From an uncultured Bacteroidia bacterium (GTDB lineage Bacteria > Bacteroidota > Bacteroidia > Bacteroidales > F082), in assembly GCA_902791165.1 (NCBI GenBank), contig CADAVB010000008.1, positions 12,512 to 76,511 of the forward strand: 64,000 nucleotides of DNA. Reading direction: 5' to 3'. Of the stretch, positions 1 to 6,569 are shown in pieces (the stretch's first letter is position 1; every line of letters begins with the position of its first letter). A model generated the notes under the pieces. The model was not told the origin of the DNA, did no database searches, and saw nothing but the letters and a program-made list of their open reading frames with translations. The position numbers and the translations under genes are program-made.

Positions 1-570
1 ATCACCAAAGCCATCGAGGAAAAGATAGCCGTGGCCAAAAGCCGCCTCAGCGGGAACACCAAAATCTGCTGCACCCGCTATGGCAACGTGATGTGCTCGC
101 GCGGTTCGGTCATTCCGCTTTGGATTGACCAGATTCGCAAGGGAAACCCCATCACCTTGACCGAGCCGAAGATGACCCGTTTCATCATGTCCTTTGCCTT
201 CGAACACGGACAAAACGGCGACATCTTGGTTCAGAAAGCACCGGCTTGTACCATCCAAACACAAGCCGAGGCGGTTTGTGAGCTGTTTGGAGGCAAGAAA
301 GAAGAGATAAAGGTCATTGGCATACGTCATGGCGAGAAGATGTACGAAACGCTACTCACCAAAGAAGAGTGCGCCAAGGCCGAGGACATGGGCAACTTCT
401 ACCGCGTGCCCGCCGACAACCGCGACCTGAACTACGACAAGTATTTCAAGGACGGCGACACCAAACGCGCCACCATTGAGGAATTCAACAGCGACGAGAC
501 CAAGGCAAAAATCGCCTCATTGGAATACATCCAGAATGAGTTGAACGGTATTCCAAATATTGTAAAATAA
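1..570 (+). CDS. fnlA: UDP-N-acetylglucosamine 4,6-dehydratase/5-epimerase (FnlA/CapE family), 5' end cut by window edge
   Basis: Frame 1 is open from base 1. The translation CCTRYGNVMCSRGSVIPLW...MTRF...GDILVQKAPA...IGIRHGEKMYETLL...FYRVPADNRDLNY matches the C-terminal half of CapE/FnlA. fnlB and fnlC homologues follow. Confidence 0.85.
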   Translation: MTKAIEEKIAVAKSRLSGNTKICCTRYGNVMCSRGSVIPLWIDQIRKGNPITLTEPKMTRFIMSFAFEHGQNGDILVQKAPACTIQTQAEAVCELFGGKKEEIKVIGIRHGEKMYETLLTKEECAKAEDMGNFYRVPADNRDLNYDKYFKDGDTKRATIEEFNSDETKAKIASLEYIQNELNGIPNIVK

Positions 571-643
571 GTCTCCATGTATCTCGTGTATCACGAGCAT
601 AATCACGGAAAAAAGATACGCGAAGATACGTGTAATACGTGGG
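571..643. repeat. Imperfect palindromic intergenic element, copy 1 (CTCCAyGTATCTCGyGTATC ... GATACGCGmAGATACGTGTAATACGTGG)
   Basis: The left arm tctccatgtatctcgtgtatc and right arm gatacgcgaagatacgtgtaatacgtggg are largely reverse-complementary. Homologous copies lie at 1938-1970 and 2346-2420. Confidence 0.6.
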
Positions 644-647
644 AAAA

Positions 648-1937
648 ATGAAGATACTAGTAACAGGAGCGAAGGGTTTTGTAGGTCGGAACCTGTGCGC
701 CGAACTTAATAATATAAAAGAAGGCAAGGCCCGCTGTTATGGTGACCTTAAGGTGGATGCCGTTTATGAGTACGATATCGACAGCAAGCCCGAAGAACTG
801 GATGCCTATTGCCAAGACTGCGACTTCGTTTTCAACCTGGCAGGAGTGAACCGTCCGAAGGAACAAAGCGAGTTCATGGAGGGCAATTTCGGTTTTGCCA
901 GCACACTGCTCGATACTTTGAAGAAACACAACAACCATTGCCCCGTGATGTTGAGCAGCTCACAACAAGCCTCTTTGACGGGTCGTTTCGGCAATTCAGA
1001 ATACGGTAGAAGCAAGAAGGCGGGCGAAGAGTTGTTCCTGGACTACGAACGCGATTTTTTGAGCATCGGAAAAAACGGAAAGAACGGAAAAAGAGAATCC
1101 GTTTCTGATTATTCAGATTATTCCGATGTAGAAAAAAACGCTGCCTTGAAGCCGCGTGTGTTGATTTATCGCTTCCCGAACCTTTTTGGCAAGTGGTGCA
1201 GGCCTAACTACAATAGTGCTGTGGCCACTTTCTGCAACAACATCGCCAACGACCTGCCCATCACCGTGAACGACCCAAGTGTGGAGTTGGAACTGCTTTA
1301 TATCGACGACCTTGTGGCCGAAATGATTGCTGCACTGCAAGGCAAGGAACACCGCTGCGACTTCGACGGACTGGGCGTGTTCCCGATGGAAAAAGGCTTG
1401 TACTGCTATTGTCCTGTCACGCATCATGTCAAATTGGGGGAGATTGTGGACTTGCTCTATCGTTTCGCCGAACAGCCTAAGACTTTGCTCATACCCGATA
1501 TTCCCGAAGGAAGTTTCGCCAAAAAACTATATTCCACATATTTATCATATCTCCCCAAAGAGAAAGTCGCTTATCCGCTGAAGATGAATGTGGACGACAG
1601 AGGTTCGTTCACCGAGTTGGTGCATTTAGCCAACTGCGGACAGGTGAGCATCAACATCTCGAAGCCGGGCATCACCAAAGGTCAGCATTGGCATCATTCA
1701 AAATGGGAACTTTTCATCGTCGTGAAAGGTCGCGGGCTGATTCAGGAGCGCAAGGAAGGCTCGGACGAAGTTATTGAGTTTGAGGTGAGCGGCGACAACA
1801 TCCAAGCGGTGCACATGCTTCCAGGCTATACGCACAACATCATCAACCTCAGCGACACCGAGGATTTGGTGACAGTGATGTACTGCAACGAAGTTTTCAA
1901 TCCGAACAAACCAGATACCTTCTTCGACCCAGTTTAA
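648..1937 (+). CDS. fnlB: UDP-2-acetamido-2,6-dideoxy-L-talose-forming reductase/epimerase (FnlB/CapF family: N-terminal SDR plus C-terminal cupin)
   Basis: MKILVTGAKGFVGRNL Rossmann motif, YGRSKKAGEE, FGKWCRPNYNSAVATFC, and a C-terminal cupin (GITKGQHWHH...VHMLPGYTHNI). The ATG at 648 is preferred over the GTG at 639 in the ORF track. Confidence 0.85.
   Translation: MKILVTGAKGFVGRNLCAELNNIKEGKARCYGDLKVDAVYEYDIDSKPEELDAYCQDCDFVFNLAGVNRPKEQSEFMEGNFGFASTLLDTLKKHNNHCPVMLSSSQQASLTGRFGNSEYGRSKKAGEELFLDYERDFLSIGKNGKNGKRESVSDYSDYSDVEKNAALKPRVLIYRFPNLFGKWCRPNYNSAVATFCNNIANDLPITVNDPSVELELLYIDDLVAEMIAALQGKEHRCDFDGLGVFPMEKGLYCYCPVTHHVKLGEIVDLLYRFAEQPKTLLIPDIPEGSFAKKLYSTYLSYLPKEKVAYPLKMNVDDRGSFTELVHLANCGQVSINISKPGITKGQHWHHSKWELFIVVKGRGLIQERKEGSDEVIEFEVSGDNIQAVHMLPGYTHNIINLSDTEDLVTVMYCNEVFNPNKPDTFFDPV
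1064..1128 (+). repeat. Palindromic low-complexity insert inside the fnlB reading frame
   Basis: CATCGGAA (1064-1071) is the exact reverse complement of TTCCGATG (1121-1128). Internal direct repeats are aacggaaagaacggaaa and tctgattattcagattatt. It translates as IGKNGKNGKRESVSDYSDYSD in a loop where the CapF homologues I recall have about 5 residues. Confidence 0.5.
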
Positions 1938-1970
1938 GGCTCCACGTATCACGCGTATCGCGAGTATATC
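1938..1970. repeat. Left half of the palindromic intergenic element, copy 2, abutting the GxxExxY start codon
   Basis: ggctccacgtatcacgcgtatcgcgagtatatc aligns with the left half of copy 1 (tctccatgtatctcgtgtatcacgagcataatc). The right arm is replaced by the GxxExxY ORF. Confidence 0.55.
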
Positions 1971-2339
1971 ATGGATGTTAATAAGTTAATATATGAAGCT
2001 ATTGGTGCTTCTTTTGAGGTGTACAATGCTCTTGGCCCAGGGTTATTAGAGAGTGTTTACGAGAAAGCATTGATACACGAACTAAAGCTACGCGGATTAA
2101 GTGTATCTTCACAACTTCCAGTTGAGATTGTATATAAAGGAGAAACCGTTGGTGCTGATTTACGGCTTGACATTATAGTCAACGACTCATTAATCATAGA
2201 ACTCAAATCGGTTGAGACTTTAATGCCAGTACATTTTAAACAAGTAAGGACTTATATGAAATTGCTTGATAAACCAGCTGGTTTGTTGGTGAATTTTGAT
2301 GTCAGTGATTTCAAAAACGGATATAAAGTAATCAAATAA
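1971..2339 (+). CDS. GxxExxY family protein (PD-(D/E)XK-like)
   Basis: 122 aa with the diagnostic GPGLLESVYEKAL (GxxExxY) motif and DIIVNDSLIIELKSV core. It interrupts the fnlB-fnlC junction. Confidence 0.85.
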   Translation: MDVNKLIYEAIGASFEVYNALGPGLLESVYEKALIHELKLRGLSVSSQLPVEIVYKGETVGADLRLDIIVNDSLIIELKSVETLMPVHFKQVRTYMKLLDKPAGLLVNFDVSDFKNGYKVIK

Positions 2340-2345
2340 ATACAA

Positions 2346-2420
2346 ATCTCCACGTATCTCGCGTATCATGGATATAGTTTCAGGAAAAGATACGCGCAGA
2401 TACGTGTAATACGTGGAGAC
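2346..2420. repeat. Imperfect palindromic intergenic element, copy 3 (complete)
   Basis: tctccacgtatctcgcgtatc...gatacgcgcagatacgtgtaatacgtggaga, with mutually reverse-complementary arms. It sits 6 nt upstream of the fnlC ATG. Confidence 0.6.
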
Positions 2421-2426
2421 AAAAAC

Positions 2427-3581
2427 ATGTTTAAGAATAACGGAAAACTAAAGTTGTTGATTATCGTCGGCACACGTCCTGAGATTATCAGGTTGGCCGC
2501 CGTGATTAACAAGTGCAGACAATACTTCGACTGCATCTTAGCCCATACCGGCCAAAACTACGACTACAACCTCAACGGCGTGTTTTTCAAGGACTTGAAA
2601 CTCGCCGACCCCGAGGTTTACATGGATGCCGTCGGCAACGATTTGGGAGAAACCATGGGCAACATCATCGCCAAGAGCTACCAGTTAATGGTGGAAATCA
2701 AGCCTGATGCAGTACTCGTTTTGGGCGACACCAACAGCTGCCTTTCGGTCATCGGAGCCAAGCGCCTGCATATCCCGATTTTCCACATGGAAGCCGGCAA
2801 CCGTTGCAAGGACGAATGCCTCCCCGAGGAAACCAATCGCCGCATTGTCGATATCATCTCCGACGTGAACATGGCCTACAGCGAGCACGCGAGAAGATAC
2901 CTGGCCGACTGCGGTCTGCCCAAGGAAAGAACGTATGTCACGGGCAGTCCCATGGCAGAAGTGCTGCACAACAACCTGAAGGAAATCGAAGCCTCCGACA
3001 TCCACAAGCGGCTGAACCTCGAAAAAGGCAGGTATATCCTACTCTCCGCCCATCGCGAGGAGAACATCGACACGGAGAAGAACTTCTTGAGCCTTTTCAA
3101 TGCCATCAACCGAATGGCGGAGAAATACGATATGCCCATCCTTTACAGTTGCCATCCGCGTAGTCGCAAGCGCCTTGAGGCGAGTGGCTTCCAACTCGAC
3201 CCGCGCGTCATCCAGCATGAGCCGCTGGGCTTCCACGATTACAACTGTTTGCAAATGAATGCCTTTGCTGTGGTGAGCGACAGTGGCACTTTGCCTGAGG
3301 AAAGTTCATTCTTCACAAGTGTTGGCCATCCCTTCCCCGCAGTGTGCATCCGCACTTCTACGGAGCGCCCCGAGGCATTGGACAAAGGCTGCTTCTTCAT
3401 CGCTGGCATCGACGAGAAGTCGCTACTTCAAGCTGTGGACTGCGCCGTAGAGATGAACCAGAACGCCGACCACGGCATACCCGTCCCCGACTATGTGGAT
3501 GAGAACGTCTCGACCAAAGTCGTGAAAATCATCCAGTCTTATACTGGGATTGTTGATAAGATGGTTTGGAGGAAAGAATAG
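2427..3581 (+). CDS. fnlC: UDP-N-acetylglucosamine 2-epimerase, non-hydrolysing (FnlC/CapG family)
   Basis: LLIIVGTRPEIIRLAAVI, HTGQNYDYNLN, VLGDTNS, HMEAGNRC and SDSGTLPEE are classic WecB/CapG epimerase blocks. It is third in the fnlABC order. Confidence 0.9.
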   Translation: MFKNNGKLKLLIIVGTRPEIIRLAAVINKCRQYFDCILAHTGQNYDYNLNGVFFKDLKLADPEVYMDAVGNDLGETMGNIIAKSYQLMVEIKPDAVLVLGDTNSCLSVIGAKRLHIPIFHMEAGNRCKDECLPEETNRRIVDIISDVNMAYSEHARRYLADCGLPKERTYVTGSPMAEVLHNNLKEIEASDIHKRLNLEKGRYILLSAHREENIDTEKNFLSLFNAINRMAEKYDMPILYSCHPRSRKRLEASGFQLDPRVIQHEPLGFHDYNCLQMNAFAVVSDSGTLPEESSFFTSVGHPFPAVCIRTSTERPEALDKGCFFIAGIDEKSLLQAVDCAVEMNQNADHGIPVPDYVDENVSTKVVKIIQSYTGIVDKMVWRKE

Positions 3582-3608
3582 TTTTGTAAGTGTGTAATAA
3601 AGAAAATA

Positions 3609-4025
3609 ATGCTCAATATCCTCACCTTCGGTGTCTACGATATGCTTCATATCGGACACGTTCTTTTGTTCAAGCACGCCAAGGAATTATTTCCTGATGT
3701 AGAATGCAAACTCATTGTGGCTGTGCAAGACGGAGATTGTATTTTGAAATACAAGCCTGGTACCAAGATGGTCTATTCTACCGAGGAGCGTATGTTCATG
3801 GTAAGTGCCGTGCGTTGGGTGGATGAGGTGGTGACCTATAAGGATGTGGATATTGATATTCAGCATATTGATTTCGATGTCTTTGCCAAAGGTCCCGACC
3901 AGCAGCATTCCGGTTTCCAAAGGGCTGTGGCATGGTGTGAGGCGAATGGCAAGCAGGTGGTAATTATCCCTAGGACGGAAGGCATTTCTTCGACGATGTT
4001 GAGGGAGTATAGTAAGATCAAGTAA
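3609..4025 (+). CDS. Cytidylyltransferase-family protein (TagD-like glycerol-3-phosphate cytidylyltransferase)
   Basis: 138 aa. N-terminal LTFGVYDMLHIGHVLLF is the (T/H)xGH nucleotidyltransferase motif. The size and RTEGISST C-terminal block are typical of TagD/TarD. Confidence 0.75.
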   Translation: MLNILTFGVYDMLHIGHVLLFKHAKELFPDVECKLIVAVQDGDCILKYKPGTKMVYSTEERMFMVSAVRWVDEVVTYKDVDIDIQHIDFDVFAKGPDQQHSGFQRAVAWCEANGKQVVIIPRTEGISSTMLREYSKIK

Positions 4026-4112
4026 AAAGACTATGAATCAGCTTCTTTAGGTTAAGCAATTAACAACAATGCGATTTTTAAAAGAAGAAGTTTCTCTGAT
4101 TAACTTTTTTCA

Positions 4113-4120
4113 TATTTTTG
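4113..4120 (+). promoter_or_regulatory. Bacteroidetes -7 promoter box (TATTTTTG = TAnnTTTG) for the cassette
   Basis: Exact match to the TAnnTTTG consensus, 23 nt upstream of the ATG at 4143, in an AT-rich spacer. Confidence 0.45.
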
Positions 4121-4142
4121 CAAATAAATTAAATGTTTTTTG

Positions 4143-4415
4143 ATGATAGTCCTTATTACATACGATTTGAAGCAACCTGGACGGAACTATACACCTCTTT
4201 ATGAGACTATCAAGTCGTTAGGCGAATGGCAGCATCCACTTGAATCTACTTGGTTTGTTCAGATAGATGAAGAGACTGACTTGAACGAGGTGGTTGAGCT
4301 TTTGAAAAAAAGTGCAGACAAGGGCGACCTATTTTTTGCAGTAAAAATTACCAGTAAGTATCAAGGATGGCTTCCAAAATCGTTTTGGGCTTGGCTTGAT
4401 CCAAAACAGAAATAA
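4143..4415 (+). CDS. Small (90 aa) alpha/beta protein of unknown function; the N-terminal strand-Asp signature is reminiscent of the Cas2/VapD ferredoxin fold
   Basis: MIVLITYDL...SLGEWQHPLESTWFVQ...VVELLKKSADKGDLFFAVKI follows a beta-alpha-beta-beta-alpha-beta spacing. Its stop lies 2 nt before the next ATG. ATG 4143 is preferred over TTG 4140. Confidence 0.6.
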   Translation: MIVLITYDLKQPGRNYTPLYETIKSLGEWQHPLESTWFVQIDEETDLNEVVELLKKSADKGDLFFAVKITSKYQGWLPKSFWAWLDPKQK

Positions 4416-4417
4416 CC

Positions 4418-5530
4418 ATGGTAAATTGTGTAATATTAGAAAAGTTTAAATGTTTTGACGACAGATTAGAAATACCTCTTTCTGAGGTAACAATAATGTA
4501 TGGTAAAAACGGACGAGGAAAATCTAGCGTTTCTCAAGCATTATTGTTGATTGCTCAATCTATGCGTAAAGCAAATGAACTGAACGAACTTGTCATTAAT
4601 GGAGAGTTAGTCAGCCTTGGTTATTTTGAAGAGTTATTATACAATTCCAAGGGAGGTGTTTTTACTATAGGCATCAATTCTGAAACGGAAAATTTGCTTG
4701 CACAATTTGAAGGAGTTGAGGGACATGTATTTTCTGGACGTTTGTCTCGTTTGAGTGTTAATGGTGTGGAGCGACTTGATACGATTTCTGGAACCAATGG
4801 TGTGGGTGAAGATGACAATATCCTTTCAGGTGTCGCTTCTACATCAGATATAAAGATTCTTCAAGATTTGAAGAATTGTATTTATATTTCGGCTGATCGT
4901 CATGGTCCAATCAACGTTCAAAAACGTATTTATTCTGTTAACAAACAAATTCTTGATTCTTTGGGCGACAATGTCATCCAAGTTATCGCGGAAAGAGGTC
5001 TAGAATTTCAGAAAAAACTCGAGCAATCACTTTCAGAAATCATGGATGGTGCTCATTTATCAATTCCAGAGGCCGAGTCAGATTATATCGAGTTGAGACT
5101 GAATTCTGCTGACGGTGACATCTCTTTTAAGCCAGTTAATGTTGGTTATGGCTATAGTTATGTTTTGCCTGTCGTGGTTGCATCTATGATAGCAGAAAGA
5201 GGTGGTATATTGATAGTCGAGAATCCCGAAGCGCATCTACATCCCGGAGCACAATCTCGGTTGACGCGATTTTTGATAAAAAACGCCATTGAAAAAGGGT
5301 ATCAGTTAATTATCGAAAGCCATAGCGATCATGTGGTAAACGGAATGAGGATTGCTTCCAAGGAAGGCGAAATCAAACCATCTCAGTGCCTTGTTGATTA
5401 TTTTTATACAGATTCTGATACGGGAGAATCAGTTGTTGAGGTAATAACATGTGATAGAAAAGGAACCTTAAGCAACTATCCGGATGATTTTATGGATGAA
5501 TGGACTATCCAGTTATTGCAATTGGTATGA
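4418..5530 (+). CDS. ABC-type AAA ATPase (AAA_15/AAA_21-like with a DUF3696-like C-terminus)
   Basis: Walker A GKNGRGKSS, Walker B GGILIVENPEAHLHP and H-loop IIESHSDH. The tail LSNYPDDFMDEW is typical of the DUF3696-type ATPases found in defence islands. Confidence 0.8.
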   Translation: MVNCVILEKFKCFDDRLEIPLSEVTIMYGKNGRGKSSVSQALLLIAQSMRKANELNELVINGELVSLGYFEELLYNSKGGVFTIGINSETENLLAQFEGVEGHVFSGRLSRLSVNGVERLDTISGTNGVGEDDNILSGVASTSDIKILQDLKNCIYISADRHGPINVQKRIYSVNKQILDSLGDNVIQVIAERGLEFQKKLEQSLSEIMDGAHLSIPEAESDYIELRLNSADGDISFKPVNVGYGYSYVLPVVVASMIAERGGILIVENPEAHLHPGAQSRLTRFLIKNAIEKGYQLIIESHSDHVVNGMRIASKEGEIKPSQCLVDYFYTDSDTGESVVEVITCDRKGTLSNYPDDFMDEWTIQLLQLV

Positions 5531-6384
5531 ATCAGATTTGTTTTAACGACCTTTCATCTTATCCTCTTTGTGCCGATGAGACAGAAATAGAGGTTAGGAT
5601 GAATCAGTACATTCAAACGCTGCAAGATGCGGGTCTCAATGGAATTAAAAAAGTGCGGTATGCAGATGATTTGACATCTGTTCTTTTGAGAGAAGGTTAT
5701 TCGGTGCAGGATTATTGTAACTCTCGAATGAAGATGGTCGCGGCTCAGCTCGTTCTTTCTATGGCCACAAAGCCACAAGTTCCCGAAGATAATGATGAAG
5801 TGTTGGAACATTATTTGGAAACCGAAACACGTGTTTTTAAGGATAAGCCTATAAAAGCAGACGGATTCAATGCTGCTTTTTGTATGGGAACCTATTGCAT
5901 TGGGTTTGCATCAGACGCTTTTTGGTCGATGCCTCAATTCAAAATCAATGTTTCTAACAATGATAAAATTGAGAATTACACATGGTTTTGTGTTTCATCT
6001 CCTGTCCACTTTCAAAACGCTGAGTTTCGAGAATGGTTAACTCAATTCTTGCCATTAGATTTACAAGCATCACCTTTGAATCCTGCTGAAAAAGAAATTA
6101 AATTAAGGGATGATCATGGTAAAGATAAATTGCTAACACATGCTCAAAATTTGGCGAATAGCCCTTATGTAGAAGGAGTGTTAACCTCTCTGGCTTTCGA
6201 TAGACATTCAAAGTCATACGTTAGTAAACATTCTGATTTTGCGCAAGGTCTAATTGATGTAGTTCTGTATTGGGAGTCACAAGGATATAGCATGAGGGTG
6301 AAAACAACAGGACGAAACATCCGTGAAACATTGGCAATAGCAAAGCTATTAACAAAGAAATATGGCAGAAGAAAGGATGTGTAG
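5527..6384 (+). CDS. Hypothetical protein (285 aa), no recognisable domain; translationally coupled to the ATPase
   Basis: ATGA start/stop overlap with the ATPase gene at 5527-5530. It is a long uninterrupted ORF with coding-like composition. The ORF-track start at 5500 is less likely. Confidence 0.6.
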   Translation: MNQICFNDLSSYPLCADETEIEVRMNQYIQTLQDAGLNGIKKVRYADDLTSVLLREGYSVQDYCNSRMKMVAAQLVLSMATKPQVPEDNDEVLEHYLETETRVFKDKPIKADGFNAAFCMGTYCIGFASDAFWSMPQFKINVSNNDKIENYTWFCVSSPVHFQNAEFREWLTQFLPLDLQASPLNPAEKEIKLRDDHGKDKLLTHAQNLANSPYVEGVLTSLAFDRHSKSYVSKHSDFAQGLIDVVLYWESQGYSMRVKTTGRNIRETLAIAKLLTKKYGRRKDV

Positions 6385-6461
6385 CTATTATATTTGGATA
6401 ATAGGGAATTGTATATAGTATTTTGAATAATAACTGTTGCGAAAACAACCTAAAGAATGAT

Positions 6462-6563
6462 GCCGTTGCATGGTGTGAGGCGAATGGCAAGCAAGTGGTG
6501 ACCATTCCAAGGACGGAAGGCATTTCTTCGACGATGTTGAGGGAATATAGTAAGATAAAGTAA
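6462..6563 (+). pseudogene. Orphan duplicate of the last 33 codons of the cytidylyltransferase gene
   Basis: It translates to AVAWCEANGKQVVTIPRTEGISSTMLREYSKIK*, versus ...VVIIPR... in the intact gene. There are 10 nt differences, and all but one codon change is synonymous. Confidence 0.8.
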
Positions 6564-6569
6564 ACCATA

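Larger units (their letters stand above)
4026..6461 (+). mobile_element. Inserted three-gene accessory cassette bounded by a 102-bp duplication of the cytidylyltransferase 3' end. No integrase or transposase is present.
   Basis: 3924-4025 and 6462-6563 are 92/102 identical, and both end in the same stop codon context. The interior is AT-rich, has its own TAnnTTTG box, and carries three tightly coupled ORFs unrelated to sugar metabolism. Confidence 0.55.
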
